Source: Acutalibacteraceae bacterium (GTDB lineage Bacteria > Bacillota > Clostridia > Oscillospirales > Acutalibacteraceae). Taken from it: a DNA stretch of 47,954 nt. The stretch covers positions 1-47,954 of the forward strand of contig JAZONB010000033.1 in the NCBI GenBank assembly GCA_045654305.1, read 5' to 3'. Shown piece by piece: positions 28,377 through 38,013 of the stretch. Position 1 is the stretch's first letter, and every line of letters begins with the position of its first letter. A program made the position numbers and the translations under genes. The notes under the pieces were generated by a model. That model was not told where the DNA came from, did no database searches, and saw nothing but the letters and a program-made list of their open reading frames with translations.

Positions 28377-29933
28377 CTATCTTTTTATAAAATATTCTTC
28401 ATACCAAACAAGGAAAGTATAAATAGTCCAGACTTTGCGCCAAAAATCGGAATTTCCGCCGATGTATTCATCGAAAATAGCGTTAATCTCATCTATATTA
28501 AAAAACCTATCAGCAATTTCACTGTTGAATAACCTTTTAACATCGCTGTTATAACGCTCATCTGCCATCCAAACTCTGATAGGCACAACAAAGCCTAATT
28601 TTTTTCGGAAAGCAATATCTTCGGGCAAAAGTTTTGCCGCGGCAGTGCGAAATGCCACTTTATTTTGCTCCTCAGTTACTTTATATGCAGAGGGCATACG
28701 AGATGCAATATCAAAGATTCTAAGGTCTGTAAGGGGCATTCTAACCTCTAATCCGGCGGCAAGACCCATCTTGTCAACATTCAAATAAATGTCACCCTCG
28801 AGCCAGACCTGGATATCAACATCACTCATCTTAGAAAGAGGGTCAAGAGATTCATTTTCTTTATAAATATCTTCCAATAGGTCAATGGGTAGAAAATCCT
28901 CATAATATTTTTTAAGGATTTTCTTTTTTTCGTCCTCCTTCATTATGTTGGTGTTGCCAACATAGAAGGTCTTTAAATTCTCGCCATATCTTTCGGCATT
29001 GCGATACATATTGTATCCACCAAAAAATTCATCGGCGCCTTCGCCCGAATAACAGATTTTAGTGTGCTCGGCAGTCGCTTTACAACCAAGCGCAAACGCG
29101 ACAGCTGAGGCATCGCCCAAGGGTTGCTCCATATTATACATAACATAAGGAATGGCATCAAAATAATCTTCAGGTGTTATAAGACAACGGCGGTTTTCCT
29201 TGCCTAAAACATTAGCAGTTTCACGTGCCAGACCCGATTCATCAAGACGCTTATCATCATAACCGCAAGAGTTACTTACAGTAATATCTGATGCAGCAAA
29301 TAAATATGAAGAATCGACACCGCCCGACAAAAATGTTTCAGCATATTCGTTTTCAGTTTTTACTTGAGGTAGTATCTCGTTTACTGTTTCGTGAATTTCG
29401 TTTGCCCATTCTTCTAATGTTTTAGAATTGTCAGGGTTAAATTCCGGTTTCCAGTAACGGTTTATAGAAATTTTACCGTCTTTAAAAATCAAATATCTTC
29501 CGGGTAAAAGCTTTTTTACGCCCTTGAAAAAGGTATCTTCGCCTGTTGTGTAGGTCATAGTGAGATAAATTTGCAAAAGGCGGTCATTAAGCTCTTTTTT
29601 AAATCCGTTTTGTGCCATAATTTCTTTTATGGTCGTACCGTATAACAGATTGTTATCATCGGTAAGATAATAATAAAAAGGTTTCGTACCAAACTGGTCA
29701 CGTATGCAAAATAGTTGCTTTTTCTCGTCATCCCATAATGCAAAGCTAAACATACCATAAATATGATTAGCAAGCTCATAACCCCATTTGAGATAAGATT
29801 TGATTATAATTTCTTTTTCCATTTCTTCTCTTAGAAGTGATGGGTTAATATTTAAGATTTCGCAAAGTTCAACGTGGTTTCTTATATGACCACGATATAC
29901 CTTTAAAGAAATTTTTTGTTTTAAGTCTAACAT
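28377..29933 (-). CDS. Asparagine synthetase B-like protein with a truncated or degenerate N-terminal glutaminase domain
   Basis: The PP-loop SGGVDSS and the AsnB synthetase domain are present. Start placed at ATG 29933 (MLDLKQK), 10 nt after AAGGA. The track's start at 30008 lies inside the ftsH terminator. Confidence 0.75.
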   Translation of the reverse strand: MLDLKQKISLKVYRGHIRNHVELCEILNINPSLLREEMEKEIIIKSYLKWGYELANHIYGMFSFALWDDEKKQLFCIRDQFGTKPFYYYLTDDNNLLYGTTIKEIMAQNGFKKELNDRLLQIYLTMTYTTGEDTFFKGVKKLLPGRYLIFKDGKISINRYWKPEFNPDNSKTLEEWANEIHETVNEILPQVKTENEYAETFLSGGVDSSYLFAASDITVSNSCGYDDKRLDESGLARETANVLGKENRRCLITPEDYFDAIPYVMYNMEQPLGDASAVAFALGCKATAEHTKICYSGEGADEFFGGYNMYRNAERYGENLKTFYVGNTNIMKEDEKKKILKKYYEDFLPIDLLEDIYKENESLDPLSKMSDVDIQVWLEGDIYLNVDKMGLAAGLEVRMPLTDLRIFDIASRMPSAYKVTEEQNKVAFRTAAAKLLPEDIAFRKKLGFVVPIRVWMADERYNSDVKRLFNSEIADRFFNIDEINAIFDEYIGGNSDFWRKVWTIYTFLVWYEEYFIKR

Positions 29934-29964
29934 AACACACATTCCTTTTTTAAAATACAAATAT

Positions 29965-29993
29965 AATTTACCACAAATTCCGAAATATTTCAA
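29965..29993 (-). promoter_or_regulatory. Promoter of the asnB-like gene
   Basis: On the minus strand: TTGAAA (29993-29988), a 17-nt spacer, TAAATT (29970-29965). Confidence 0.45.
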
Positions 29994-30020
29994 TAAAAAA
30001 CTCCCCAAAAGGGGAGTTTG
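29994..30020 (-). terminator. Rho-independent terminator of ftsH
   Basis: aaactcccc tttt ggggagttt followed by a T-run on the minus strand. Confidence 0.8.
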
Positions 30021-30027
30021 ATTAAAA

Positions 30028-31866
30028 TTATTCAGTTTCCATTATAGCTCGGAATTCTTCGCCGGTAATCTTTTCCTTTTCAAAAAGAATTTTTGCGGTT
30101 TCGTGAAGCTTTGGCATTGCTTTTTCAAGAAGTGATATAGCTTTTGAATACTGAGCCATAACAATGCTTTCGATTTCTTCATCAATAACAGCAGCGGTTT
30201 TTTCGGAGTAGTTGGGGGTAGAGGAGAAGTCTCTTCCTAAAAATACCTCATTGTTGTCATTGCCGTAGGTGACAAGACCTAAACGGACACTCATACCAAA
30301 CTTTGTAACCATCTTTCTGGCAAGCTCGGTAGCTCTGTCTATATCATTAGAAGCACCCGTGCAAACATCGTCTTGTGTTAACTGCTCGGCAGCACGTCCG
30401 CCTAAAAGTGAACAGATTTGCTCTAACATTTGGTTTTTTGAGACATGGCCCTTATCCTCGTTAGGAAGATACATGGTGTAGCCTGCAGCCATACCACGTT
30501 TTATAATCGAAATCTGATGAACGGGGTCTTGGGTCGGCAAGAAATAAGAAACCACTGCGTGACCTGCTTCGTGGTAAGCGGTAATCATCTTATCCTTATC
30601 CTTAACAATATGAGATTTCTTTTCAGCACCCATTACAACCTTTATGGTAGCTTCTTCGATTTCTGTCTGAGTAATAGCTTTTTTGCCGTGACGAACAGCG
30701 AGTAAAGCCGATTCATTTAAAAGGTTTTCAAGGTCGGCTCCTGTAAAGCCTGATGTGGATTTTGCTATAGTCGAAAGGTCGACATCAGGACCTAACGGCT
30801 TGCCGCGTGAGTGTACCTTTAAAATTTCTTCTCTGCCTTTAACATCGGGGTAGTTAACAGTTATTTGACGGTCAAATCTACCGGGGCGGAGAAGTGCTTT
30901 ATCGAGAATGTCAGGACGGTTGGTAGCCGCCATAACAATAACGCCCTCATTTGCGTTAAAGCCATCCATCTCAACAAGTAATTGGTTAAGGGTTTGCTCA
31001 CGTTCATCGTGTCCGCCGCCGAGTCCTGCGCCTCTTTGCCGACCAACAGCATCAATTTCATCAATAAAAACAATGGCAGGGGATTCTTTTTTTGCCTCGT
31101 TAAATAGGTCACGAACACGGGAAGCACCAACACCGACAAACATCTCAACAAAATCCGAACCGGAAATTGAGAAGAATGGAACACCTGCTTCGCCTGCAAC
31201 AGCACGGGCTAACAAGGTTTTACCCGTTCCGGGAGGGCCTACAAGGAGAACACCTTTTGGAATTTTAGCGCCAAGTTCATTAAATTTTTGTGGAGCCTTA
31301 AGGAAATCAACAATCTCTGCCATTTCCTCTTTTTCCTCATCAGCGCCTGCAACATCGGCAAATGTGGTTTTCTTTTTAGCGTCAAGTCGTCTTGCTTTTG
31401 ATTTGCCGAATCCCATAGTCTTATCGGCATTTATAGCGCCACTCATTTTTCGCATCATAACGAAAAGGAGAACTCCTGTTATACCAACCATCAAGAGAGT
31501 GGGGAGGAGACTTGTAATCCACGAGGTTTCACCACCACGGATTAAATTATATTCAATATCATTCGATGTGCCTGCGTTTTCTTCTTTAATTTTCCAAACA
31601 TCGTCATTAACGTCCCGGATGAATAAAGATGAGTTTGGAACGGTGTAACGGTAGGTTTTACCATCAGCACGCTTTTTGTAGGTTAATTCACCGCTGTAAA
31701 GATTAAGTTCCATCTCGGAAACCTCATTGGATTTAATCATTTCAACGATTTGCGAATATTTTAGTTCGGCAGTGTCTTTTGTGAAAAATGATACCGAAAC
31801 TATTGTAAGAATGAAAATAATCGGTATTAAAATATACAAAAGTACATTTTTAAAATTCTGTTTCAA
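30028..31866 (-). CDS. ftsH: ATP-dependent zinc metalloprotease FtsH
   Basis: Two TM helices, AAA Walker A GPPGTGKT, the SRH region, and the Zn motif HEAGHA. TTG start behind AAGGAG. Confidence 0.95.
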   Translation of the reverse strand: MKQNFKNVLLYILIPIIFILTIVSVSFFTKDTAELKYSQIVEMIKSNEVSEMELNLYSGELTYKKRADGKTYRYTVPNSSLFIRDVNDDVWKIKEENAGTSNDIEYNLIRGGETSWITSLLPTLLMVGITGVLLFVMMRKMSGAINADKTMGFGKSKARRLDAKKKTTFADVAGADEEKEEMAEIVDFLKAPQKFNELGAKIPKGVLLVGPPGTGKTLLARAVAGEAGVPFFSISGSDFVEMFVGVGASRVRDLFNEAKKESPAIVFIDEIDAVGRQRGAGLGGGHDEREQTLNQLLVEMDGFNANEGVIVMAATNRPDILDKALLRPGRFDRQITVNYPDVKGREEILKVHSRGKPLGPDVDLSTIAKSTSGFTGADLENLLNESALLAVRHGKKAITQTEIEEATIKVVMGAEKKSHIVKDKDKMITAYHEAGHAVVSYFLPTQDPVHQISIIKRGMAAGYTMYLPNEDKGHVSKNQMLEQICSLLGGRAAEQLTQDDVCTGASNDIDRATELARKMVTKFGMSVRLGLVTYGNDNNEVFLGRDFSSTPNYSEKTAAVIDEEIESIVMAQYSKAISLLEKAMPKLHETAKILFEKEKITGEEFRAIMETE

Positions 31867-31884
31867 GTGTTTGCTCCTTTCGAA

Positions 31885-32430
31885 TTAAACAGAATACACC
31901 TTTGGAGATAATACACCAACAAAAGGTAAATTTCTGTATTTTTCATTATAATCAAGTCCGTAACCGATTACGAACTCATCGGGAATAACTTTGCCGACAT
32001 AATCTGCCTCAACATTACCTATTCTGTTTGTAGTTTTATCAAGGAAAGTACAGATTTTCACAGATGCAGCATTTTTATCGGTTAGATGTTTTTTAAGTCT
32101 TTCAAGTGTAATACCCGTGTCCAAAATATCCTCTAAAATAAGTATATCCCGACCTTCGACCGAAACATCTAAATCTTTTTTGATTTTAAGCGTTCCTGTT
32201 GTACTTGCTCCCGAATAGGATGATACAGCCATAAAATCAATTTCATGGTCGCATTCAATGTTTCGTAGCAAATCAGCCATAAAAACAAATGAACCTTTTA
32301 AGATACCGATAATTAAAGGCTTTTTATCGGCATAATCTTTCGAGATAGTTTTCCCTAATTCCTTACAGATTTGTTTGATTTCTTCCTCGGTTACTAAAAC
32401 ACGAGAAATTTCTTCTTTGTTATACATCAT
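31885..32430 (-). CDS. hpt: Hypoxanthine phosphoribosyltransferase
   Basis: PRPP-binding motif ILILEDILDTGITL. It has the conserved position between tilS and ftsH. Confidence 0.92.
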   Translation of the reverse strand: MMYNKEEISRVLVTEEEIKQICKELGKTISKDYADKKPLIIGILKGSFVFMADLLRNIECDHEIDFMAVSSYSGASTTGTLKIKKDLDVSVEGRDILILEDILDTGITLERLKKHLTDKNAASVKICTFLDKTTNRIGNVEADYVGKVIPDEFVIGYGLDYNEKYRNLPFVGVLSPKVYSV

Positions 32431-33710
32431 TTTTCTTCAACCCTTATTTCATAGGCTTTTTTTGTCTTCTTGGTGACAGCGCAACGCTCTGCAACACCAA
32501 TATTATAAATCCAAACAACACCATTATCGTCCGAAATAATCGGAATGTTATCACGCAGGTGTGTAGGGACTGATAATTCATTAAAAATTTTATTTATGGG
32601 TTTAGTACAACCGCGGTTGGCAAGACGGATACTATCGCCGGACATTCTGGTTTTTATTACCAATTTTCCTACTATTTTATCACAGTCTAAAGAATTATTT
32701 AATAACAAATTATTAACTTTTTCTTCAACTTGTGTGATTTTCACTTTATATGCAGGAATTTTCTGATTTTTGTCATTAGAAAAAGATAAAAAATTGTTTT
32801 TATTGATACAAAAATTATTTTTTGGTATACCTGTTCTTCCGCCGCTGATGCAAATTTTATAAATCTCGTCAATATGACAAGCTTCGAGCGATATTTCAGC
32901 GTCAAAAAGCTTTACAAATTCTATAATAACCTTTTTCGCAACCTCAGGATTAAGGTGAGTGAAATCTGTAAGGCTTAGTTTTTTATCAACAAGATTTCGT
33001 CTTATAAAATCTTCCGCCTGAGTTTTTATCATAACAGAAAGATTTTTTAAGTTTCTTGAAGTTTTCAAAACACCGGTTTCAACCTTTGGATTGATTTTTT
33101 TCAAAACAGGAATTACCGTGTGTCTTAGCATATTCCTTGTATAGTCATCTGATAGATTTGTGCTGTCGGTGACAAAAGTTAAATCATTTTCTTTACAATA
33201 AAGCTCAACCATATCTCTCGTGCTGGATATTAAAGGACGGATAATATTATCACGCTTTATCGGAATTCCGCACAGTCCATCAACAGCGGCGCCTCTTGTA
33301 AGATTAAGAAGCATAGTTTCAAGATTATCACTCGCAGTATGTGCTGTCGCTATTAAACCGTCACTCACTCGGCTAAGGAATTCATACCTGAGCTTTCTTG
33401 CGGCAGTTTCAAGACTGAGTTTGTTTTCGTTTGCAAACTTTGGAACATCTATTTTTTCAACTATCAAAGGTATATCAATCTTGTCGCAAAGCGATTTTAC
33501 AAAAGCTTCGTCGCGTGATGCTTCATCGCCGCGAATAAGATGATTTAAGTGCGCCGCATTCAACTTAATACCTAATTGGTCTTTAAGTTTGTAGAGAGCG
33601 AAAAGCAATGCGACCGAATCGGCTCCGCCTGAAAGCGCAACAGTGACTGTGGAGCCCGCTGGAATTAGCGAATATGCGGTTACGGTTTCTACAATATTTT
33701 TTTCTATCAT
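32427..33710 (-). CDS. tilS: tRNA(Ile)-lysidine synthase
   Basis: PP-loop ALSGGADSVAL plus the TilS substrate-binding C-terminus. ATGA overlaps on both sides. Confidence 0.9.
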   Translation of the reverse strand: MIEKNIVETVTAYSLIPAGSTVTVALSGGADSVALLFALYKLKDQLGIKLNAAHLNHLIRGDEASRDEAFVKSLCDKIDIPLIVEKIDVPKFANENKLSLETAARKLRYEFLSRVSDGLIATAHTASDNLETMLLNLTRGAAVDGLCGIPIKRDNIIRPLISSTRDMVELYCKENDLTFVTDSTNLSDDYTRNMLRHTVIPVLKKINPKVETGVLKTSRNLKNLSVMIKTQAEDFIRRNLVDKKLSLTDFTHLNPEVAKKVIIEFVKLFDAEISLEACHIDEIYKICISGGRTGIPKNNFCINKNNFLSFSNDKNQKIPAYKVKITQVEEKVNNLLLNNSLDCDKIVGKLVIKTRMSGDSIRLANRGCTKPINKIFNELSVPTHLRDNIPIISDDNGVVWIYNIGVAERCAVTKKTKKAYEIRVEEK

Positions 33711-35077
33711 CTGAAAGTATCCACCGCAGTAAAACGAGTGAATTGTCCGTCAAAGAATAATTCAACACTTCCAAGACCGCCATGACGGTTTTTAGCAATA
33801 ATACACTCGGATTTATTTGGGTCTGCACGGTCCTCGTCGTCAGCCTTTTCGTTATCGTAATAAGTATCACGGTAAAGAAATAAAACAATATCTGCATCTT
33901 GCTCGATAGAACCCGAATCTCGCAAATCTGCAAGAGCCGGTTTATGAGATTTACCTTTACCCTCGGTTCCACGGGACAACTGTGCGCAAGCGATTACGGG
34001 AACACCTAAATCTTTAGCCATGATTTTTAGGTTTCGTGTAATTTCTGATACTTCCTGAACGCGGTTGTCAATATTTCGTTCGGATTTCATAAGTCCTAAA
34101 TAGTCAACAACAACCAAATCTACCTTTGGCATTCTTCTAAGCTTTGCCTTCATTTTTGGAACAGTGATAGTTGAGGTTTCATCAAAGTAAATATTGGTTT
34201 TAGACAGATTATCACCGGCTTGGGCTAGTCTTGTCCATTCGTCGTCCTCTAATTCACCATTTCGAAGCTTTTCACTGGGGATTCCAGCCTCGCTTGAAAG
34301 CATACGCTGTGCTAATTGGTCACGCGACATTTCAAGTGAGAAGAAACATACAGTCTTTCCCGAATTAAAAGCAACATTACGGGCTATGTTTAAGGCGAAG
34401 GCGGTTTTACCCATACCGGGACGGGCGCCTAAGATAATGAGGTCGGACTTGTAAAGACCGCCTATTATTTTATCCAATGTGCCGATTCCTGTTGGAATTC
34501 CGATATAATCGTTACGTGTCACGGGGTCAGCCATTTTTGTCAAACGGTCATAGGTTTCGTTTTCAATAACCGATTTAATGTGAGTAAGACCGCTTACATC
34601 TCGTCCTTGACGAATATTGTAAATGCTTTGCTCAGCATTATCAATAAGCGTGCTGGAGTCTTTAGTACCCTCATTAACATTGGTAATGATGTTTTGCGCC
34701 GCACCCATCAATGAACGGGCATAATATCTTTCCTTGATGATTTCGACGTGGGTTAAAACATTGGCAGCAGAGGGGATAGTTTGTACTAATTGCGCCAAAT
34801 AAGCCTTTCCGCCCGCCTCATCATAAACGCCGTTGAGTCTTAGTTTTTCTATCAAAGAAACTAAGTCGATATTTTGGCTAAGTTCATACATTGATGAAAT
34901 AGCAGAATAAATTTCCCTATGCTGTGGCAGATAAAAATAGTCTGCCGACAAACTAACAGCAACCTCACTAAGACACTTTGGGTCAATTAAAATAGCGCCC
35001 AAAACTGCTTGTTCGGCTTCGACAGAATAGGGAAGGCGCCCACCGTCTAAATTGTAAATCAATTTTTCGTCACTCAT
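33707..35077 (-). CDS. dnaB: Replicative DNA helicase (DnaB family)
   Basis: PYSVEAEQAVLGAIL and Walker A GARPGMGKTAFALN. Length is 456 aa, with no intein. Confidence 0.95.
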   Translation of the reverse strand: MSDEKLIYNLDGGRLPYSVEAEQAVLGAILIDPKCLSEVAVSLSADYFYLPQHREIYSAISSMYELSQNIDLVSLIEKLRLNGVYDEAGGKAYLAQLVQTIPSAANVLTHVEIIKERYYARSLMGAAQNIITNVNEGTKDSSTLIDNAEQSIYNIRQGRDVSGLTHIKSVIENETYDRLTKMADPVTRNDYIGIPTGIGTLDKIIGGLYKSDLIILGARPGMGKTAFALNIARNVAFNSGKTVCFFSLEMSRDQLAQRMLSSEAGIPSEKLRNGELEDDEWTRLAQAGDNLSKTNIYFDETSTITVPKMKAKLRRMPKVDLVVVDYLGLMKSERNIDNRVQEVSEITRNLKIMAKDLGVPVIACAQLSRGTEGKGKSHKPALADLRDSGSIEQDADIVLFLYRDTYYDNEKADDEDRADPNKSECIIAKNRHGGLGSVELFFDGQFTRFTAVDTFR

Positions 35078-35097
35078 TTTTTAGCTCCGATTTAATT

Positions 35098-35541
35098 TTA
35101 TAGTCCTTCAACAACAACTGTGATTTTTGCAGAAATACCTTGGTACAATTTAATTTCTGCAGTATATTCACCAAAGTTTTTAATGTCAGCAACCTGCATT
35201 TTTTTGCGGTCAATTTTAATCTTTAAACTATTTTCAATTTCGGCTGCAATTTCTTTTGATGTGACCGAGCCGAAAAGTTTACCGTTAGAACCGGCTTTTG
35301 CTTTGATTTTAACGGATTTACCCTCTAAAAGACCTGCGGTGGTTTTTGCGGCGTTGATTTCCTCTTGCTTGTGATGAGCAGCAGATTCCTCACGGTTTCT
35401 AAGCTCATTAAGTGCAGTATTATCAGCTTCAACAGCTAATTTTTTAGGGAAAAGAAAGTTGCGTGCGTAACCGTCAGATACGTTACAAAGTTCACCTTTT
35501 TTTCCGTGTCCTTTTACATCTGCCAATAATATAACTTTCAT
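35098..35541 (-). CDS. rplI: 50S ribosomal protein L9
   Basis: [36 protein letters not shown]. Confidence 0.95.
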   Translation of the reverse strand: MKVILLADVKGHGKKGELCNVSDGYARNFLFPKKLAVEADNTALNELRNREESAAHHKQEEINAAKTTAGLLEGKSVKIKAKAGSNGKLFGSVTSKEIAAEIENSLKIKIDRKKMQVADIKNFGEYTAEIKLYQGISAKITVVVEGL

Positions 35542-35552
35542 TTTTTCTCTCC

Positions 35553-37358
35553 TTAAATATTAACTTCCATAATAATCGGTAAAATCATTGGACTGCGTTT
35601 AGTTTTCTGGAAAAGAAAACGGGAGACACCGTCTTTGATTTTCATTTTTACAGAGTTCCAATCTCTAATGTTTTGATAATAACAACGTTCTAAAATGTTG
35701 CTTGCTAAATCATTAATTTCATTTATAAGTTCTTCGGATTCCTTAACATAGACGAAACCTCTGGTTACCACATCAGGTCCCGAAAGTATTTCTCTTGTGT
35801 AGTGATTAACTGTCATTGCGATTACGATAATTCCGTCATCAGACAAAAGCTTGCGGTCTCGTAATACAATACTTCCCACATCACCAACTCCGAGTCCATC
35901 AACCAAAACTCTGCCCGCTTGGACAGTTTCGCTGTTAATAACGGAGTTTTTCTTGAGTTCAATAACATTGCCGTTATGCGCAATCAGAATATTTTCGGGT
36001 TTAACACCAACCTGTTCGGCAAGTTCGGCGTGTTTTATCAGATGTTTTTGCTCACCGTGAACAGGAATAAAGTATTTTGGTTTAACGATGCTCATCATAA
36101 GTTTCAATTCTTCTTGACAAGCGTGTCCTGAAACGTGCACGTCGTACATTTTCTCGTAAACAACATTTGCTCCACGCTTCATAAGCTCGTTAATAACCTT
36201 GCTTACAAGTTTTTCATTACCTGGGATAGGAGTTGCTGAAATTATAATCATATCACCGGGAATGATTTCAATTTGTCTATGGTCGGAAAAAGCAATTCTG
36301 TGCAAAGCAGACATAGGTTCTCCCTGGCTACCGGTTGTTACCAATACGATTTCACCAGGTTCATAATTGTTGATATCTGAAACATCAATTAAAATATTAT
36401 CCGGGATATTTAAATAACCAAGTTCGGCAGCGACGGTGACAACATTTATCATACTTCTGCCCGAAACTGCTACCTTACGATTACAGTTAACGGCCTCGTT
36501 GATGATTTGCTGAATTCTGTGAATATTAGATGAAAATGTAGCAATTATAACTCGGTGACCTTCAGCTTGGTTAAAAAAGTGTGATAATGAGCCGCCAACG
36601 AGCTTTTCGGAAGAGGTGAAACCTGGTCTTTCAGCGTTTGTAGAGTCTGCTAAAAGAGCTAAAACGCCCTTTTTGCCGTATTCACCGAAACGTCCTAAAT
36701 CGATTACATTACCGTCAATGGGTGTTGTGTCAATTTTAAAATCACCTGTATGAATAACTGTGCCTGCAGGTGAATTTATTGCAAAAGCTACAGCATCAGG
36801 TATCGAATGGTTAACGTTAATGAATTCTACGTTAAATTTACCAAAATCAACTTTATCTCCCGGCTTCACGACATTTAGCTTAGCATCATTTAAAAGCTTG
36901 TGTTCCTTTAATTTTCCTTCTATCAATCCTATTGTGAGGCGTGTTGCATAAATCGGCAGATTAAAATCTTTCAAAAGATAGGGAATGGCACCGATATGGT
37001 CTTCATGACCGTGGGTGATTACCATACCTTTAATTTTATCTCTGTTTTCTAAAATATAGGTAAAATCGGGTATTACAATATCAATACCCGGCATATCTTC
37101 ATCGGGGAAAGACATACCGCAATCGACTAAAAACATATCACCGTCATATTCGTACAGGGTAATGTTTTTACCAATTTCACCCAAACCACCTAAAGGAACA
37201 ATTTTAATAGGTAATTTCGGAGTTTGCGGTTTTTTATATGCACGTTTTTGTGGTTGCTTTCTTTCAAGAGTTTTGTTTTTTGAAGATGTTTTTTTGTAAC
37301 TTTTTTTATATTGATTTTCGTTTGTTTTAGATTTCTTGGGTTGCTTGTTTTGATTCAT
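35553..37358 (-). CDS. rnj: Ribonuclease J with a Lys-rich N-terminal extension
   Basis: Metallo-beta-lactamase motif HGHEDHIG and a beta-CASP domain. Roughly 45 extra basic residues sit at the N-terminus. Confidence 0.9.
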   Translation of the reverse strand: MNQNKQPKKSKTNENQYKKSYKKTSSKNKTLERKQPQKRAYKKPQTPKLPIKIVPLGGLGEIGKNITLYEYDGDMFLVDCGMSFPDEDMPGIDIVIPDFTYILENRDKIKGMVITHGHEDHIGAIPYLLKDFNLPIYATRLTIGLIEGKLKEHKLLNDAKLNVVKPGDKVDFGKFNVEFINVNHSIPDAVAFAINSPAGTVIHTGDFKIDTTPIDGNVIDLGRFGEYGKKGVLALLADSTNAERPGFTSSEKLVGGSLSHFFNQAEGHRVIIATFSSNIHRIQQIINEAVNCNRKVAVSGRSMINVVTVAAELGYLNIPDNILIDVSDINNYEPGEIVLVTTGSQGEPMSALHRIAFSDHRQIEIIPGDMIIISATPIPGNEKLVSKVINELMKRGANVVYEKMYDVHVSGHACQEELKLMMSIVKPKYFIPVHGEQKHLIKHAELAEQVGVKPENILIAHNGNVIELKKNSVINSETVQAGRVLVDGLGVGDVGSIVLRDRKLLSDDGIIVIAMTVNHYTREILSGPDVVTRGFVYVKESEELINEINDLASNILERCYYQNIRDWNSVKMKIKDGVSRFLFQKTKRSPMILPIIMEVNI

Positions 37359-37559
37359 TTAATTCCTCCGAATTTTTAGTTTTTCACAATCGCTAAGGAT
37401 GTGATATGTATTTTAAGCATATATACCCATATTGCTATATTTATTCAATATATATATTATCTTTTTTGTGTATTAAAGTCAAGTATAAAAAGGAAAATCT
37501 TACTTGAAATATTATAATCACTTTTCATTGTTTTTAATCGTAGTTGTTAATCAGTGCCT

Positions 37560-37588
37560 TGACAAAAAAATTCGTAGAAGTATAATTC
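37560..37588 (+). promoter_or_regulatory. Sigma-A type promoter
   Basis: TTGACA, a 17-nt spacer, TATAAT upstream of the 108-aa ORF. Confidence 0.5.
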
Positions 37589-37613
37589 ATTTATAGTGAG
37601 AGGTGTGTAATTT

Positions 37614-37940
37614 ATGTTTGGTTTTTTCAAGAAAAATAAAAATCCCAATGCTGTTGTTTTAAAACAAATGGACGGCAGAGAAATCAAGTATGTAACAAGA
37701 AGAATCAAGAATGATGACGGTACGGTTAAAGAAGTGATTCTCGGTAAAGAGGGGAGAATTGTTGTAATTGATGACGAAATCCGCATTATGTGCGGAACGT
37801 TAGATGTATTTAGGTGTAAAACCGAAAACGCTACATACTATATGCTTTTAAGCGGTGATGGAATTACGGTTTCAGGTGTCAATGAGATTGATAGCACACA
37901 GGTTGATATTATCGTTTATTATAAATATCACCGAAAATAG
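37614..37940 (+). CDS. Hypothetical small protein, 108 aa
   Basis: It has an RBS (GAGAGG) and a consensus promoter. I recognise no family. Confidence 0.55.
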   Translation: MFGFFKKNKNPNAVVLKQMDGREIKYVTRRIKNDDGTVKEVILGKEGRIVVIDDEIRIMCGTLDVFRCKTENATYYMLLSGDGITVSGVNEIDSTQVDIIVYYKYHRK

Positions 37941-38013
37941 TGTTTGGCTTGACTATTAGGCTGTATATGTTATATTCAAAAATACTAATATCGATATGAA
38001 ATGAGGCTTTACG

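Noticed and set aside
29934-30008. N-terminal extension of the asnB-like ORF (MGSFLLKYFGICGKLYLYFKKGMCV), including an apparent Met-Cys
   Set aside because: The extension overlaps the ftsH terminator and the predicted promoter. The Met-Cys ATG sits only 1 nt from the RBS, and the residues that follow do not match the Ntn glutaminase fold.
30908-31648. 246-aa plus-strand ORF antisense to ftsH; similar long antisense ORFs lie at 26791-27321 and 46290-46793
   Set aside because: These are shadow ORFs inside strongly conserved genes. Their translations are low-complexity and Ser/Pro-rich, and they have no RBS or promoter.
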